From assembly GCF_009914755.1 (NCBI RefSeq), contig NC_060934.1: a stretch of 64,000 nucleotides of DNA. One strand, 5' to 3'. Below, one piece after another: positions 41,914-54,293 of the stretch (positions are counted from its first letter, which is position 1; every line of letters begins with the position of its first letter). The notes under the pieces are model-generated. The model ran no database searches. It was not told the origin of the DNA and saw only the letters and a list, made by a program, of their open reading frames with translations. The translations under genes were made by a program, and so were the position numbers. This DNA comes from the human T2T-CHM13v2.0 reference genome, Homo sapiens.

Positions 41914-42381
41914 TTGAGAAAGGACCTCACTACACTACAGAAAATTTATGCAATGAACCTTTCTCCCATCCTTTCCCAAGGAGATCTCCCAAGGAGATTT
42001 ACTGGAGTAATTGAGCAATGGGGAAAGGGAAATGATCAGACATTTCAAAAACTACTGGAAATTGGCTCTGAGCTGATGTTGATTCCAGGGGACCCAAAAC
42101 ATCACTGTGGTCCTGCAGTTAAAGTGGGGTCTTATGGAGGTCAGATAATTAATGGAGTTTTAGCCCAGGTCCAGCTTACAGTGGGTCCAGTGGGTCCCCT
42201 AACTCATCCTATGGTCATTGCCCCAGTGCCAGAATGCATAATTGTCATAAACATACTTAGTGGCTGGCAGAAACCCCACGTTGGCTCCTTGACTGGTAGG
42301 GTGAGGGTTACAATGGTGGGAAAGGCCAAATGGAGGCCATTAGATCTTCCTCTACCTAGAAAAATAGTAAATGTAAAATAA
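41914..42381 (+). pseudogene. pro: HERV-L protease region (active-site DTG reads EIG)
   Basis: ORF contains FQKLLEIGSELMLIPGDP...VGSYGGQ. Confidence 0.85.
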
Positions 42382-42383
42382 TG

Positions 42384-44090
42384 TCACATCTCTGGAGGGA
42401 TTGCAGAGATTAGTGCCACTATCAAGGACTTGAAAGGTGCAGGGGTGGTGATTCCCACCACAATACTGTTCAACTCTCCCATTTGGTCTGTGCAGAAGAC
42501 AGATGTACCAGATATGGTTTCATTGCTTTTTAAACACATTTCCTGGTACCTGGTATGCAGCCATTGACTTGCAAATGCCTTTTTTTCCATTCCTGTCCAT
42601 AAAGCCCACTAGCAGGAATTTGCCTTCAGCTGGCAAGGCCAGCAATATACTTTTACTTTCCTACCTCAAAGATATATCCACTCTCCGGCTTTGTGTCATA
42701 ATCTTATTTGGAGAGAACTTGATTGCATTTTACTTCCACAGGATATTACACTGGTCCATTACATTGATGACATTATGCTGATTGGATCCAGTGAGCAAGA
42801 GCAAATACATTGGACTTATTGGAGAGACATTTGCATGCCAGAGGATGGGAAATAAATCCAACTAAAATTCAGGGACCTTCTACTTCAGTAAAATTTCTAG
42901 GCATCCAGTGATGTGGGGCCTGTCAAGATATTCCTTCTAAGTTGAAGAATAAGTTGTTGCATTTGGCCCCTTTTACAACCACGAAGGAGGTACAATGCCT
43001 AGTGAACCTATTTGGATTTGGGAGGGAACACATTCCTCATTTTGATGAGATACCTGGCCCATTTATTGAGTGACCTGGAAGGCTGCCAGTTTTGGATGGG
43101 GTCCAGAACAGGATAAAGCTCTGCAACAGGTCCAGACTGCTGTGCAAGCTGCTCTGCCACTTAGGCCATATGACTCAGCAGATCCAATGGTGCTTGAGGT
43201 GTCAGTGGCAGATAGGGATACTGTTTGGGGCCTTTGGCAGGCCCTGATAGGTGAAACACAGTAGAGGCCTCTAGGATTTTGAAGCAAGGCCCCACCATAT
43301 TTGCAGATAACTATTCTCCTTTTGAGAGATAGCTCTTGGCCTGTTACTGCACTTTGTTGGAAACTGAACGTTTGACTAGGGGTCATCGAGTTACCATGTG
43401 ACCTGAATTCTCTATCACGAACTGGGTGCTTTCTAACCCATTGGTCCATTAAGTGGGTCATGCACAGCAGCATTCCATCATCAAATGGAAGTGGTGTATA
43501 TATGATCAGGCTCTAGAAGATCCTGAAGGCACAAGTAAGTTACATAAGGAAGTGGCTAAAATGCCCATGGTCTTCACTTTTGCCACCCTGCCTTCTCTCC
43601 ACCAGCCTGCTTTGATGGCCTCATGGGGAGCTCTGTATGATTGTTTAACAAAAGTAGAGAAGGCTAGGGCCTGGTTCACTGATTGTTCTGCACAATATAT
43701 AGGCACCACCTGAAAGTGGACAGCTGCAGCTCTACAGCCCCTTTCTAGAACATCCCTGAAGGACAGCAGTGAAGGGAAGTTTTCCCAGTGGGCAGAACTT
43801 TGAGCAGTGTACCTTGTTGTGCAGTTTGCATGGAAGGAAAAATGGCCAGATGTGCTATTATATACTGATTCATGGACTGAAGCCAATGGTTTGGTTGGAT
43901 GGTCAGGGACTTGGAAGAAGCATGATTAGAAAATTGGTGAAGAAGAAATTTGGAGAAGAGGTATGTGGATGAACCATCCTGAGTGGTCAAAAACTGTGAA
44001 GATATTTGTATCCCATGTGAGTGCTCACCAACGGGTGACCTTAGCAGAGGAGGTGTTTAATAATCAAGGGAATGGGATGATCCATTCTGT
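42384..44090 (+). pseudogene. pol: HERV-L pol RT and RNase H (disrupted)
   Basis: YAAIDL; [10 protein letters not shown] with YIDD at 42760-42771; RNase H WFTDCS and YTDSW; many stops. Confidence 0.9.
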
Positions 44091-44715
44091 GGACATCACT
44101 CAACCTCTTTCCCCAGCCACCCCTGTCATCCCCCAATGGGATCATGAACAAAGCGGCCATGGTGGCAGGGATGAAGGTTATGCATGGGCTCAGCAACATG
44201 GGCTTCCACTCACCAAGGCTGAACTGGCTACGGCCACTGCTGAGTGCCCAATTTTCCAGCAGCAGAGACCAACATTGAGCCCTGGATATAGCACCGTTCC
44301 TCAGGGTGATCAGCCAGCTACTTTGTGGCAGCTTGATTATATTGGACCTCTTCCATCATGGAAAGAGCAGAGGTTTGTCCTCACTGGAAGAGACACTTAC
44401 TCCAGATATGGGTTTGCCTATCCTGCACACAATGCTTCTGCCAAGATTAGCATCCATGGACTAACAGAATGCCTTACCCCCCATCATTGTATTCCACACA
44501 GCATTGCCTCTGATCAAGGCACTTACTTTGTGGCTAAAGAAGTGTGGCAGTGGGCTCATGCTCAAGGAATTCACTGGTCTTACCATGTTCCCTGTCATCC
44601 TGAAGCAGTTGGATTGATAGAACGGTGGAATGGCCTTTTGAAGTCTCATTTACAACACCAACCAGGTGACAATACTTTGCAGGATTGGGACAAAGTTCTC
44701 CAGAAGGCTATGTAA
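43963..44715 (+). pseudogene. pol: HERV-L RNase H end plus integrase, 250-codon open frame
   Basis: H-x4-H; CPIF (second Cys lost); WQLDYIG, SDQG and IERWNG with D-35-E spacing. Confidence 0.9.
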
Positions 44716-44859
44716 GCCTTCAATGAGTCCAATATATGGTATTTTTTCTCCCATAGCCAGGATTCAGAGGTCCAGGAATCAAGGGGTGGAAGTGGAAGTG
44801 GCACCATTCACCATCACCCCTAGTCATCCACTAGCAAAATTTTTTCTTCCTGTTCCTAT

Positions 44860-45180
44860 GACATTTGTTTCTGCTGGCCTAGAGGTCTTAGTTCCAGCAG
44901 GAGGAACGCTACCACCAGGAGACACAACAAGGATTCCATTAAATTGGAAGTTAAGATTGTCACCTGGCCACTTTGGGCTCTTTCTACCTCTATGTCCACA
45001 GGCTAAGAAGGGAGTTACAGTGTTGGAAGGGGTAATTGACCCGGTCTATGAAGATGAAATCAGTCTACTGCTCCACAATAGAGGTAAGGAAGAGTATGCA
45101 TAGAATACAGGAGATTCATTAGCGCATCTGTTAGTATTACCATGCCCTGTGATTAAGGTCAATGGGAGACTACAACAGCC
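44860..45180 (+). pseudogene. dut: HERV-L dUTPase
   Basis: SAGLEV...GVIDPVYEDEI motifs in ORF 44666-45103; TAG stop at 45101. Confidence 0.88.
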
Positions 45181-45678
45181 CAATCCAGAGAGGACTACAA
45201 ATGGCCCAGACCCTTCAAGAATGAAGTTTTGGGTCACTCCACCAGGAAAATAACCACAACCTGCTGAGGTGCTTGCTGAAGGCAAAGGGAATACAGAATG
45301 GGTAGAAGAAGGTAGTCATCAATACCAGCTATGACCACGTGACCAGCTGCAGAAATGAGGACTGTAATTATCTTATTTCCTCCTTCTTGTGTTAAAAACA
45401 TGTTTGTGCATGTATACACTTGTACTAAGAAAATATTTTCATTTTATTTTCTTTCTCCTTTATCATGTGACATAAGATGATTTATTGACTTCAAATCAGC
45501 ATTTAAGTACCGTTAACTTTATGTAATAGTACTTGGGTTGGGGATTGGTGCATTTCTGGTTGTACGAAGGATAGTTGTATTATGTTAGGTATAATTATGA
45601 CCTTATTATTGTCTTTATTTGAAGATTATGTATGATCTCAGGAGTTGTATATGGGTTCAACTTGACAAGGGGTGGACT

Positions 45679-46049
45679 TGTGATGGTTAATACTGAGTGT
45701 CAACTTGATTGGATTGAAGGATACAAACTATTGATTCTGGGTGTGTCTGTGAGAGTGTTGCCAAAGGAGATTAACATTTGAGTCAGTGGTCTGGGAAAGG
45801 CAGACCCACTCTTAATCTGGGTGGGCACCATCTAATCAGCTGCCAGCCTGGCTAGAATATAAACAGGCAGAAAAATGTGAAAGGAGAGACTCATCTAGCC
45901 TCCCATCCTACATCTTTCTTCCATGCTGGACGCTTCCTGCCCTCAAACATTGGACTCCAAGTTCTTCAGTTTTGGAAGTTGGACTGTCTCTCCTTGATCC
46001 TGAGCAAGGGACCTTGTGATCATGTGAGTTAATACTTAAAAAACTCCCA

Positions 46050-46096
<47 letters not shown>

Positions 46097-46211
46097 ACGT
46101 ATTATATGCCAAATATATATTATACAATTTTATATATTTGTATATGTAAAGATATATACACATATATATATTCCATTAGTTCTGTTCCTCTAGAGAACCC
46201 TGACTAATACA
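45679..46211 (+). mobile_element. MLT2A1 3' LTR with an expanded TA tract
   Basis: Preceded by PPT aaggggtggact; homologous to 39646-40083; (TA)n-rich expansion ~46049-46171. Confidence 0.93.
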
Positions 46212-46437
46212 CTGAGTAAGCATGGACATAAAGATGGGAACAATAGACACAAGGGAGTACTAGAGCAGGGAAAGAGGGGAGGAGGCAAGGGTTGAAAAAC
46301 TACCTGTTGGGCACTATGCTCGCTACCTGGGTGATGAGATCCATACTCCAAACCTCAGCATCATACAATATACCCATGTAACAAATGTGCACATGTACCT
46401 GTTAAATCTAAAATAACAGTTGAAAAATAAAATAAAA
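46212..46437 (+). mobile_element. L1PA15/16-like 3'UTR, right part
   Basis: Continues the L1 exactly after the TSD (catggacataaagatgggaacaatagacac...aaaataacagttgaaaaataaaataaaa). Confidence 0.92.
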
Positions 46438-47171
46438 TCTTCAGTTCTCCACTGACTGGATGAACCCCTCCTTGGCCAACAGAACCTCAGAAATAAAAGC
46501 CTTAAAATGTAGTTCCCAATCATGACAGGATGGGAGGTCAGACATACCTCATTGTATCCCCTTCATTTTATGGTTTGGACACAACAACCGATTGGCATGA
46601 ATGTTAAAACAGAGCTCATAAAACTGACAGAACAGACTCTGTGGAAATAAGATAAAAGATTATAAACAGGCCCTAAGGCCATGCCAGGTAAAGGTTAAGT
46701 CACACACCGCTACCCTTAAAAAGTAAACTATGTTCTAACTGCCATAGGTGTTTTCTTTTTCTCTAGCAACTAAGCAAGCACTGGCTTTGAGGTAAGCAAC
46801 ATGAAAACAACTTGCAGCTCCGCCGGATGCTGACTAACTGACCTTCAGCCTCTGTTCTACTAGCCAGAACTACAGCCTTAATTATACAGGAGACTGATTT
46901 CAGTAACTTTCCCCTAATAAAAAGACCAACCACAGACTAGTTCTGGACAGTTTACAGAGATTTAGCACTTACATGCATTTGTGTCCTAAAAAAAAATCTT
47001 TTGATCTATAGGATCTAATTGTAATACATTTAAATGTTAAGTCTACAACCCAAAGTGAACATTGGTTGTATGTTACATGTGTTTGTTCAATACACATGTG
47101 TCAGTACCATCTTCCTGAATATTCACAGCTCCTCCTATAACCTGTTGAATACGTATGTTTAGCCAATCTGT
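46430..47171 (+). mobile_element. MER4-family (MER4D/E-like) LTR, 3'-truncated
   Basis: gactggatgaacccctccttggccaa...ctaaggccatgccaggtaaaggttaagtcacacac...ttgtaatacatttaaatgttaagtct. Confidence 0.75.
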
Positions 47172-47353
47172 CATCATATCCCCACAAGAGGCATGGGTAC
47201 AACTGATAGTGGGGAACAAATCACTATTATTTATATGGAGCCACATATTTTATAGTTAACACCCATCTATCACCTGATTTTAAAAAGACTATGATGGTTG
47301 CAGGAATGCCAAATAAAACCTGTGGCATGCCTCTTCCTGCAACTTTTAAATTG

Positions 47354-47744
47354 TCATCTTGGAGACAACAATCAACAGAAAAAATGAAAAAGGTAAACCC
47401 TACTCTAGGAAAAATAAATAAAAGCATTACGAAAATATGTCAAAAAACAAAAAACTTATTGAGATAAAGTGTTGCCGGTTGTCCTGTTGTAAATTAAAAT
47501 GGCTCCCCCAAAATAGACACAAATTGAGTCCCTTTAAAGTATCATGCAGTAAGCCATTCCAAGTTTCTGCCAAGGTGGGACAGCCAACTGATATGATTAG
47601 AAATTTAGCAATTGCCAGATATGTTAAGACTCTAGGCACTGTACTGACTTCTGCTCATTAGTTTGCTTCCAGCAGGACCACTCATCCATGTATGTGGCCC
47701 TGCATCCTTTTCAACTGGGAGAGCAGGTCCTCCTGAAGACCTGG

Positions 47745-47789
<45 letters not shown>

Positions 47790-47820
47790 AAAAATAGGAC
47801 CTGAACATCAGCTCACTGCC
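47354..47820 (+). pseudogene. Class I integrase core end and CTD, remnant 2
   Basis: SSWRQQSTEKMKKVNPTL..ITKICQKT / DKVLPVVLL*IKMAP / LSPFKVSCSKPF / LHPFQLGEQVLLKTWK. Confidence 0.75.
47747..47788. repeat. (AC)21 microsatellite inside the integrase remnant
   Basis: Seen directly. Confidence 0.95.
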
Positions 47821-47941
47821 GGATCAAATGGTTTCATGCCAAAATTTCCAATTCACACCCCCATCCAGCAGGAAGTAGCCAAACTGGTATCGATGCCCCA
47901 CTTTCCATAAAAATGGAATGAAAAATTGACAATGGGAAATT

Positions 47942-48449
47942 TGTAACAGAAACTACAACCTTATCTTGAAAAACAATTATTATCCTTTGTTTTTCTTTTA
48001 TTACCCTCTTCTTCTTCTGCTGGGCTTTTAATAATGCTTAATTTACGTACTTTGCTTAAAGAACTCCAGGAACTGGCCTTGAGACACTAAGCATAGAATC
48101 AAGGTTGTGAAACATTCCACCCTGGGAAGAATGCTGAGCAGTTAATCTGTATTCCAGTTGCAGTCAAGCTCACACCAGTTAGACCACCAGATGGTCCATT
48201 GCTCAATATAGTCATCAAGACCAGACATACTGACCTATACATGGTCAAGTCATGCACATAGTTTCTCTATATTCCCCCTCCCATGAAACCCTTCAGCCAG
48301 TCTGAAAAACTTGAGATGGTCTTTGTGACACCAGCCTGCCATCTTGTTGGGTTTTCAGCTCCTGAATAAACCTGCTTTTCCTCCTAACCAATCTTGTGTC
48401 TCAAATTTGGCTTTTGAGTAGGGAGCAGCTGAACCTGGGTTCCATTACA
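47942..48449 (+). mobile_element. 3' LTR of the ERV1 provirus
   Basis: tgtaacagaaactac...ctgggttccattaca; AATAAA retained; preceded by the class I cagcaggaagtagc 3'UTR motif. Confidence 0.9.
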
Positions 48450-48823
48450 TTTATATTTGGTAGACCAATAGAACACATCCCTTTAACTATTAGAGTTTCT
48501 CACCTGGCTTCCACTGGCAGTGGTTGCTTTAATTTTCCCCCACCAGTGGCAGGGCCACCCTCCCAAGTTCCAGAACCGAGATGAGTCCTGGGAGTAAAGC
48601 TGTGGTCAATCTATATAGCCAAGGCCATGGGATTTTTAAAATAAAAAATCATGAAAGATTTTAGAGATATAGAACTGTATGAAAAAATATAAACATCTAT
48701 GCAAAGCACATTAAGCATAAGAAGTAGCAAATTATTTGAGGTTCTTGTATAAACTTCACCAATTGCATTATTTCAAGGTCATCTCTCCAAAATGTGCCCA
48801 TTATATGGATTCACTGTTATCAC

Positions 48824-50060
48824 TGTTGGGCCCTTTGTGTCACTGTAAAGAAATAACTGAGACTGAGAAATTTATTTTAAAGTTATTTAAAATAAATTAA
48901 GTTTATCTTAATTGGCTCATGCTTCTGCAGTCTGTACAGGAAGCAAGTTGCTGGCATTTGCTTCTGGTAAGGCCTCAGGAAGCTTATGATCATGGCAGAA
49001 GGTGAAGGGGGAGCTGGTGTGTCACATGGCAGGAGCTGGAGCAAGAGAGAGTGTGGGAAGGTGCCAGGATCTATTTTGTTTTCTTTTTGTCAGTTTTATT
49101 TTTTAACAATATTGTTTTTTGTTTTATTAACTTTTATTTTAGGTTCAGGGGTGCATGTGCAGGTTTGTTATATAGGTAAATTGTGGGTCATGGGGGTTCA
49201 GTGTACAGATTATTTTGTCACCAAGGTAATAAGCATAGTACCCAATGGGCAATTTTTTGATCCTCACTCTCCTCCCACCCTCCACCTTCAAGTAAGCCCT
49301 GGTGTCTCTTCCTTTTTGTGTGTCCACATGTACTCAAAGTTTAGCTCCCACTTGTGAGAATATGTGGCATGTGTTTTTCTGTTCCTGTGTAAGTTTGCTT
49401 AGGATAATGGCCTCCAGCTCCATCCGTGTTGCTGCAAAGGACATGACCTCATTCTTTTTTATGGCTGCATAGTATTCCACTGTGTACATGTACCACATTT
49501 TTTTAGCCAGTCTACACTAATGGGCATTTTGATTGATTCTATGTCTTTGCTGTTATAAACAGTGCTGCAATGAACATACCAGTGCATGTGTCTTTATATA
49601 TGGTAGAAAATGTATATTCCCTTTGCTGTATACCCAATAATGGGATTTCTGGGTCAAATGGTAATTCTGTTTTAAGTTCTTTGAGAAATCTCTCCTATTG
49701 CTTGTCTTTGTCTATTTTGTTGAAAATCAGATGGTTCCTTGTGTGTGGCATTATTCTGGGCTCTCTATTCTGTTCCATTGTTCTGTGTGTTCTGTTTTTT
49801 GTACCAGTACCATGCTGCTTGGTTACTGTAGCCTTGTAGTATAGTTTGAAGTTGGGTAAAGGTGCCAGGATTTTTTAAATGACCAGATCTAGTGTGAACT
49901 CACAGAGCAAGAACTCACTCATTACCAAGGGGAGGGCACCAAGCTAGTCATGAGGGATCTGCCCCTGTGACCCAAACACTTTCTGCCAGGCCCCACCCCC
50001 AACACTGGGAATCACATTTCAACATGAGGTTTAAAGAGGTCAAACATCAAAACCATATCT
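48824..50060 (-). mobile_element. MST (MSTB-like) LTR split by an L1
   Basis: MST halves at 48824-49070 and 49859-50060. Confidence 0.88.
49071..49858 (-). mobile_element. L1PA14/L1PREC2-like 3' fragment with an internal deletion
   Basis: 13-bp TSD aaggtgccaggat (49058-49070, 49859-49871); discontinuity near 49690. Confidence 0.9.
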
Positions 50061-50118
50061 CACACACGCACACTTGTTTTTGTTACTACCATGTAAGTAC
50101 CCTAAAGAATATGTGCTA

Positions 50119-50439
<321 letters not shown>

Positions 50440-50441
50440 TT

Positions 50442-51045
50442 ATTTTCATGTTTTTTAACTTTATGTAAATTGTATTATATTGAAAATATTCTTTGTTTTT
50501 TCCCTCAATACTGGATTTGTAAGAGTTATTTATTCATGTTGATTTTTTTAGCTCTGTTCATTTATCTTCTGTAATATATGGTATTTCAGTATGTGACTAT
50601 ATCAATTTATTTATCTGTCCTTCTGTTTGACATTTAGATAGTTTCCAAGGGCTTACTTTTTTTTTTGTTCCTGTTACAATGGGAGTTACTATGAATATTT
50701 TTACATATTGTTCTTTATAACATAATTTCAATATTTCCTATAGAATATATATGCTGGTATGGAGTTACTGGTGGTACAGTATCTAGGTCTTCAACTTTAC
50801 TAAATATCTCCAAATAGTTTCTAAAGTGGTTGTACCAATTTATATTCCTATGAGCAATGTATGCATGCCTCCATGTCTCTACACCATCAGTACTCAAAGT
50901 TGTCAAACTTCAAAATTTTTTGGTCAATTTTCTGATGTTGAATAATATTATATGTGATTCTAATTTAAATTTCTCTAATTACCAGAGAAATTGAACATCT
51001 TTTTTATGTTTCTTGATCATTTCAATTTTTTCCCTTTTTTGTGAA
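50442..51045 (-). mobile_element. L1ME-like fragment
   Basis: Antisense L1 3' motifs (ccaaatagtttctaaagtggttgtaccaatttatattcc). Confidence 0.75.
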
Positions 51046-51277
51046 TTCCCAAGAACAGTAGTTCTTGGTCCATCTCTTCCTCTTTGCCCTGAAGTCTCTG
51101 TCTCTCCACTTGCATAGGAGCTTAACCTCCAGCTCTTCCCTCAGGGGCAAGGCTTGAAGGGTCCTTCTTGTTTTTCCTATTAAGACTTAAACACCTGGAT
51201 GCCTTTCTCTATGTGTCTTAACATCAGTTCATTTTCTCTTTTCCTTTTCCTGTTCAAGCCCAAGAATGAACCTATCA

Positions 51278-51570
51278 GTTTCACTTATATAAAGTACTTA
51301 CTTAGAATAGTCAAAATCATAGACATAGAAAGTAGATTGGTGGTTTCCAGCAGCTGGAGGTAGAAGGGAATCATTGTTTAGAGTTATTGTTTAATGTGTA
51401 CAGAGTTTCAATATTACAAGATGACAAGAGTTATGGAGAGGGATGGTGGGGATGGTTGCACAATATTATGATTGCATTTATTACCACTAAACTGTATACT
51501 TAAAATGGTTAAGATAGTAAACTTTATGTTATATGCATTTTAACATAATAAAAAATATTGAGAAAAAAAG
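51278..51570 (+). mobile_element. L1MB-like 3' end
   Basis: atagtcaaaatcatagacatagaaagtagattggtggtt...cacttaaaatggttaag-type tail. Confidence 0.85.
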
Positions 51571-51582
51571 ACTCAATAGAGG

Positions 51583-51770
51583 CACTGTCAAGGCTGTCAC
51601 AAAAAAAGACTGAGAAACGGTCACAGCCAAAGAGAACCTAAGTCAGGAGACATGATGGCTCTGTGTACTGTGGAATCGTGGGTGAGACAATAGAACAGAA
51701 AAAGTACATTAGGTGAAAACTGAGGAAATCTGAATAATGTATGAACTTTGGTTACAAAATAAACTTATTA
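51583..51770 (+). mobile_element. L1MC-like 3'UTR fragment
   Basis: gagaaacggtcacagccaaagag...gaacagaaaaagtacattagg...ggaaatctgaataa. Confidence 0.7.
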
Positions 51771-53819
51771 ATAGTTAGAAATTTGCTCCATCAGGGCAGT
51801 AGGACCATTGTCCCAGGAGCTGAGGATTCTCATATAATCATTTGCAGGGGAACTGGAAGAGTGTGAAGGGCTGAGAACCAAGGTCCCTGGTGTACGGAGG
51901 ACTGAACAGTGCTTCTGTCTTTATTAGAGTAGAAAGAGGCAAGTATGCATGAAACATGAAATGATTAATCAGAAATGCCCTTGTATTTCAATAAATAATT
52001 CTTCCTCACCACAATCTAAATAGAGTTGTCTGATTCAGATGATTTAATAAAATATGGAATACAAAATTGAGAAATATTCTGGACTGAGACAAGGGATAAC
52101 TGGAATGTTTTAATCATTCAATAAAGATATTTTTTTCCTTGTTTCAGTGTGTCCTGGGATGTAACTGGTACTTAGGATAAACACATAGGCTACTGGAAAG
52201 AATATACAATTCTCTTCTCTATTTTTTTCCTGTTCCCTTTGACCTCTGTGTTACCTTTGGGTTGATATTTAAGAGAGAAGCCAGAGTAGTTAGTAAGAAA
52301 ATCTAAGTCAATAAACACATGAAGAAGTTAGGAGGTGGGAGCTAAAGGAGGAGGGTAAGAGGAGTTAAATGGCAGCTGGGGAGCTCCGTGGGTGTTGTTA
52401 GCACCACATGGATGCCACTTTGGAAAAGTTGTATGTGCTGGGATTTTCGGGGCAGAGGCCCATGGGTTCATCAGAAGTATTGCTTGGGTCCCCTTTTGTG
52501 TTATTTGAGAGATACAAAGGAGAATATATAATTGCTTTTGTAATTATTTTGACTATTTGTGACTTCAGAAATGGGCAGATCTTACAGGAGTCTAACGTTT
52601 GTTATGGTGATGTAACTATCCTAAAGTTACATCACCCAGGGCTCCTTGAGGATTCTACCTTCTTGTCCTTGAACTAGAGAGACTTCTGGTGAAGTTGTGA
52701 TTGTAGGTTCATTAATGTTGAATTTTCATACTTTCATGTTTGAGACACAGTGTGGCAACTGGAATGAGCCCTGAAATTTGATTAAAGAAAAAAGAAATTC
52801 CTCTTCCAGGGTTTGGTCTTTCTTAGATATTAGCTTATGGAGTGACTTTAACATCTGTGAAGATGTCTTTGTAACATGACACTAATCATACCTTCTCTGC
52901 CAACCTGATAGTGTTGTTGTGATGATCGACAACTGAAAATTTGATGTGAACCTGAAAACTAGACAGCAGTATCTCAATGCAGGGCTAATTGCTTCTTTGA
53001 CAATTAACCAGGTAGGAGGGGTGTCTGTGCCTTGCAACTTGTGGGTGCTGCTGCACTAATGGGGAAAGGTCTATACTGAAAGTCCACAACTACTCTAGCC
53101 TCCAAAAGACACTGCACAAAAAATCAGACTACAGAAAAAATAGAAAAAAGAAAACCTCCGATATACACTACAATTTTGTGCCCTGACTTTGGAAGTTTAT
53201 TACAGGAGAGCATTCTGTCTACATTTATGAGGAGACTTGGTAAAGGCTTTATCCTCCACTTACTGTACTCTGAGAACTACTGTAAATTACCCGGGGTGAC
53301 AAAGGGATCAGTGTGAAGCATGGACTCCAGCGGCTGCCCCCTGCTGTGAGCCTCTTCTCCCTGGCATCAAATGTCTTCCTGAGGATGAGGGGCCCGGGAG
53401 CTGGGGAAGACAACCGCTCTGTCAGGGATGAATATGACAAGTGTGAGATTGCTTTATTTAAAAAGGAAACCTGCCTTGTTGGAGGTGTTTCCTATTACTG
53501 GGATACAGACGAGATAAGCACATAGGCTCTGTTACCATTAATACTCCTGGAATGAGAAATCCAACATTTCTTTTCAGTGATAATTTGAGCCAGCAGGTGT
53601 GTTTGCACACAGATAAACAGAAGCTTAGAGAGGGACATAGGAAATGAGGAAAGAGAAATTCAAGTGGAGCAAAAGAAAGAGAAAAAAAAAAAAAAAGCCC
53701 TGGGCATCCTAACCCCTGAGGACAGAGACAACTGGTAAACCATGTTGTAAACTACCAAACAATGAAGACCTGAGACATGTCCAAATGTGTTCATGAGGGT
53801 TTGAATTACCTTTGGACTC

Positions 53820-53990
53820 CTGGTTGCTAATCACTTTGGGTTTCAAAACCCTTTGAGAAATTGATAAAAGCTATGGAAATTTTTCCTTATGAATAAAAAT
53901 GAAGATATTCATACAGACAGAACAATTTGCATAAAAATTCAGAGGTCTTGAAGATTTCTGAGATCCATCCATGTATTTTCCCAGGATACT
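53820..53990. mobile_element. MER117-like hAT-Charlie MITE
   Basis: ccctttgagaaattgataaaagctatgga...tttgcataaaaattcagagg...ccatccatg. Confidence 0.6.
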
Positions 53991-54293
53991 ATTGCTGACC
54001 TTCTTCCTCATCTGTATGATATCACATGGCATGACATAATATGATATATGATATAATATAAGAGGAGGCTTCTAGAAACATCAATTTTGTTGAGTATGTA
54101 GCTTTAAAGTGTGTGGGTACAGGAAGGTGAGGCCTTTTAGGGGAAAGAGTAGTTATGTTTACTGCATCTTGGTTTCTAATTCTTGTTCTCAATTAGGGGA
54201 CTATACACTTCAGAGAACACAGGGCCATCTATGGTTCCATGATAACCAAATATCAGGCATCCATGTTGCATGAAACCTGTTATTGATGCCTCT

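Larger units (their letters stand above)
39646..46211 (+). mobile_element. Full-length HERV-L provirus (6566 bp)
   Basis: TG...CA LTRs, perfect 5-bp TSD CTGAG (39641-39645, 46212-46216), Leu PBS, gag-pro-pol-dUTPase, no env. Confidence 0.97.
34219..48449 (+). mobile_element. Old class I (ERV1, MER4-group-like) provirus envelope containing nested insertions
   Basis: Paired homologous LTRs at both ends, PBS after the 5' LTR, purine-rich tract before the 3' LTR, 4-bp TSD CTTA/TTTA (3 of 4 match). Confidence 0.85.

Noticed and set aside
40696-45103. APOBEC3 hypermutation of HERV-L (Trp-to-stop changes at e.g. 40696, 41893, 43927, 45101)
   Set aside because: Gln-to-stop and CpG Arg-to-stop changes are also present, so ordinary transitions explain the pattern. 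A formal strand-bias test against the consensus would be needed.
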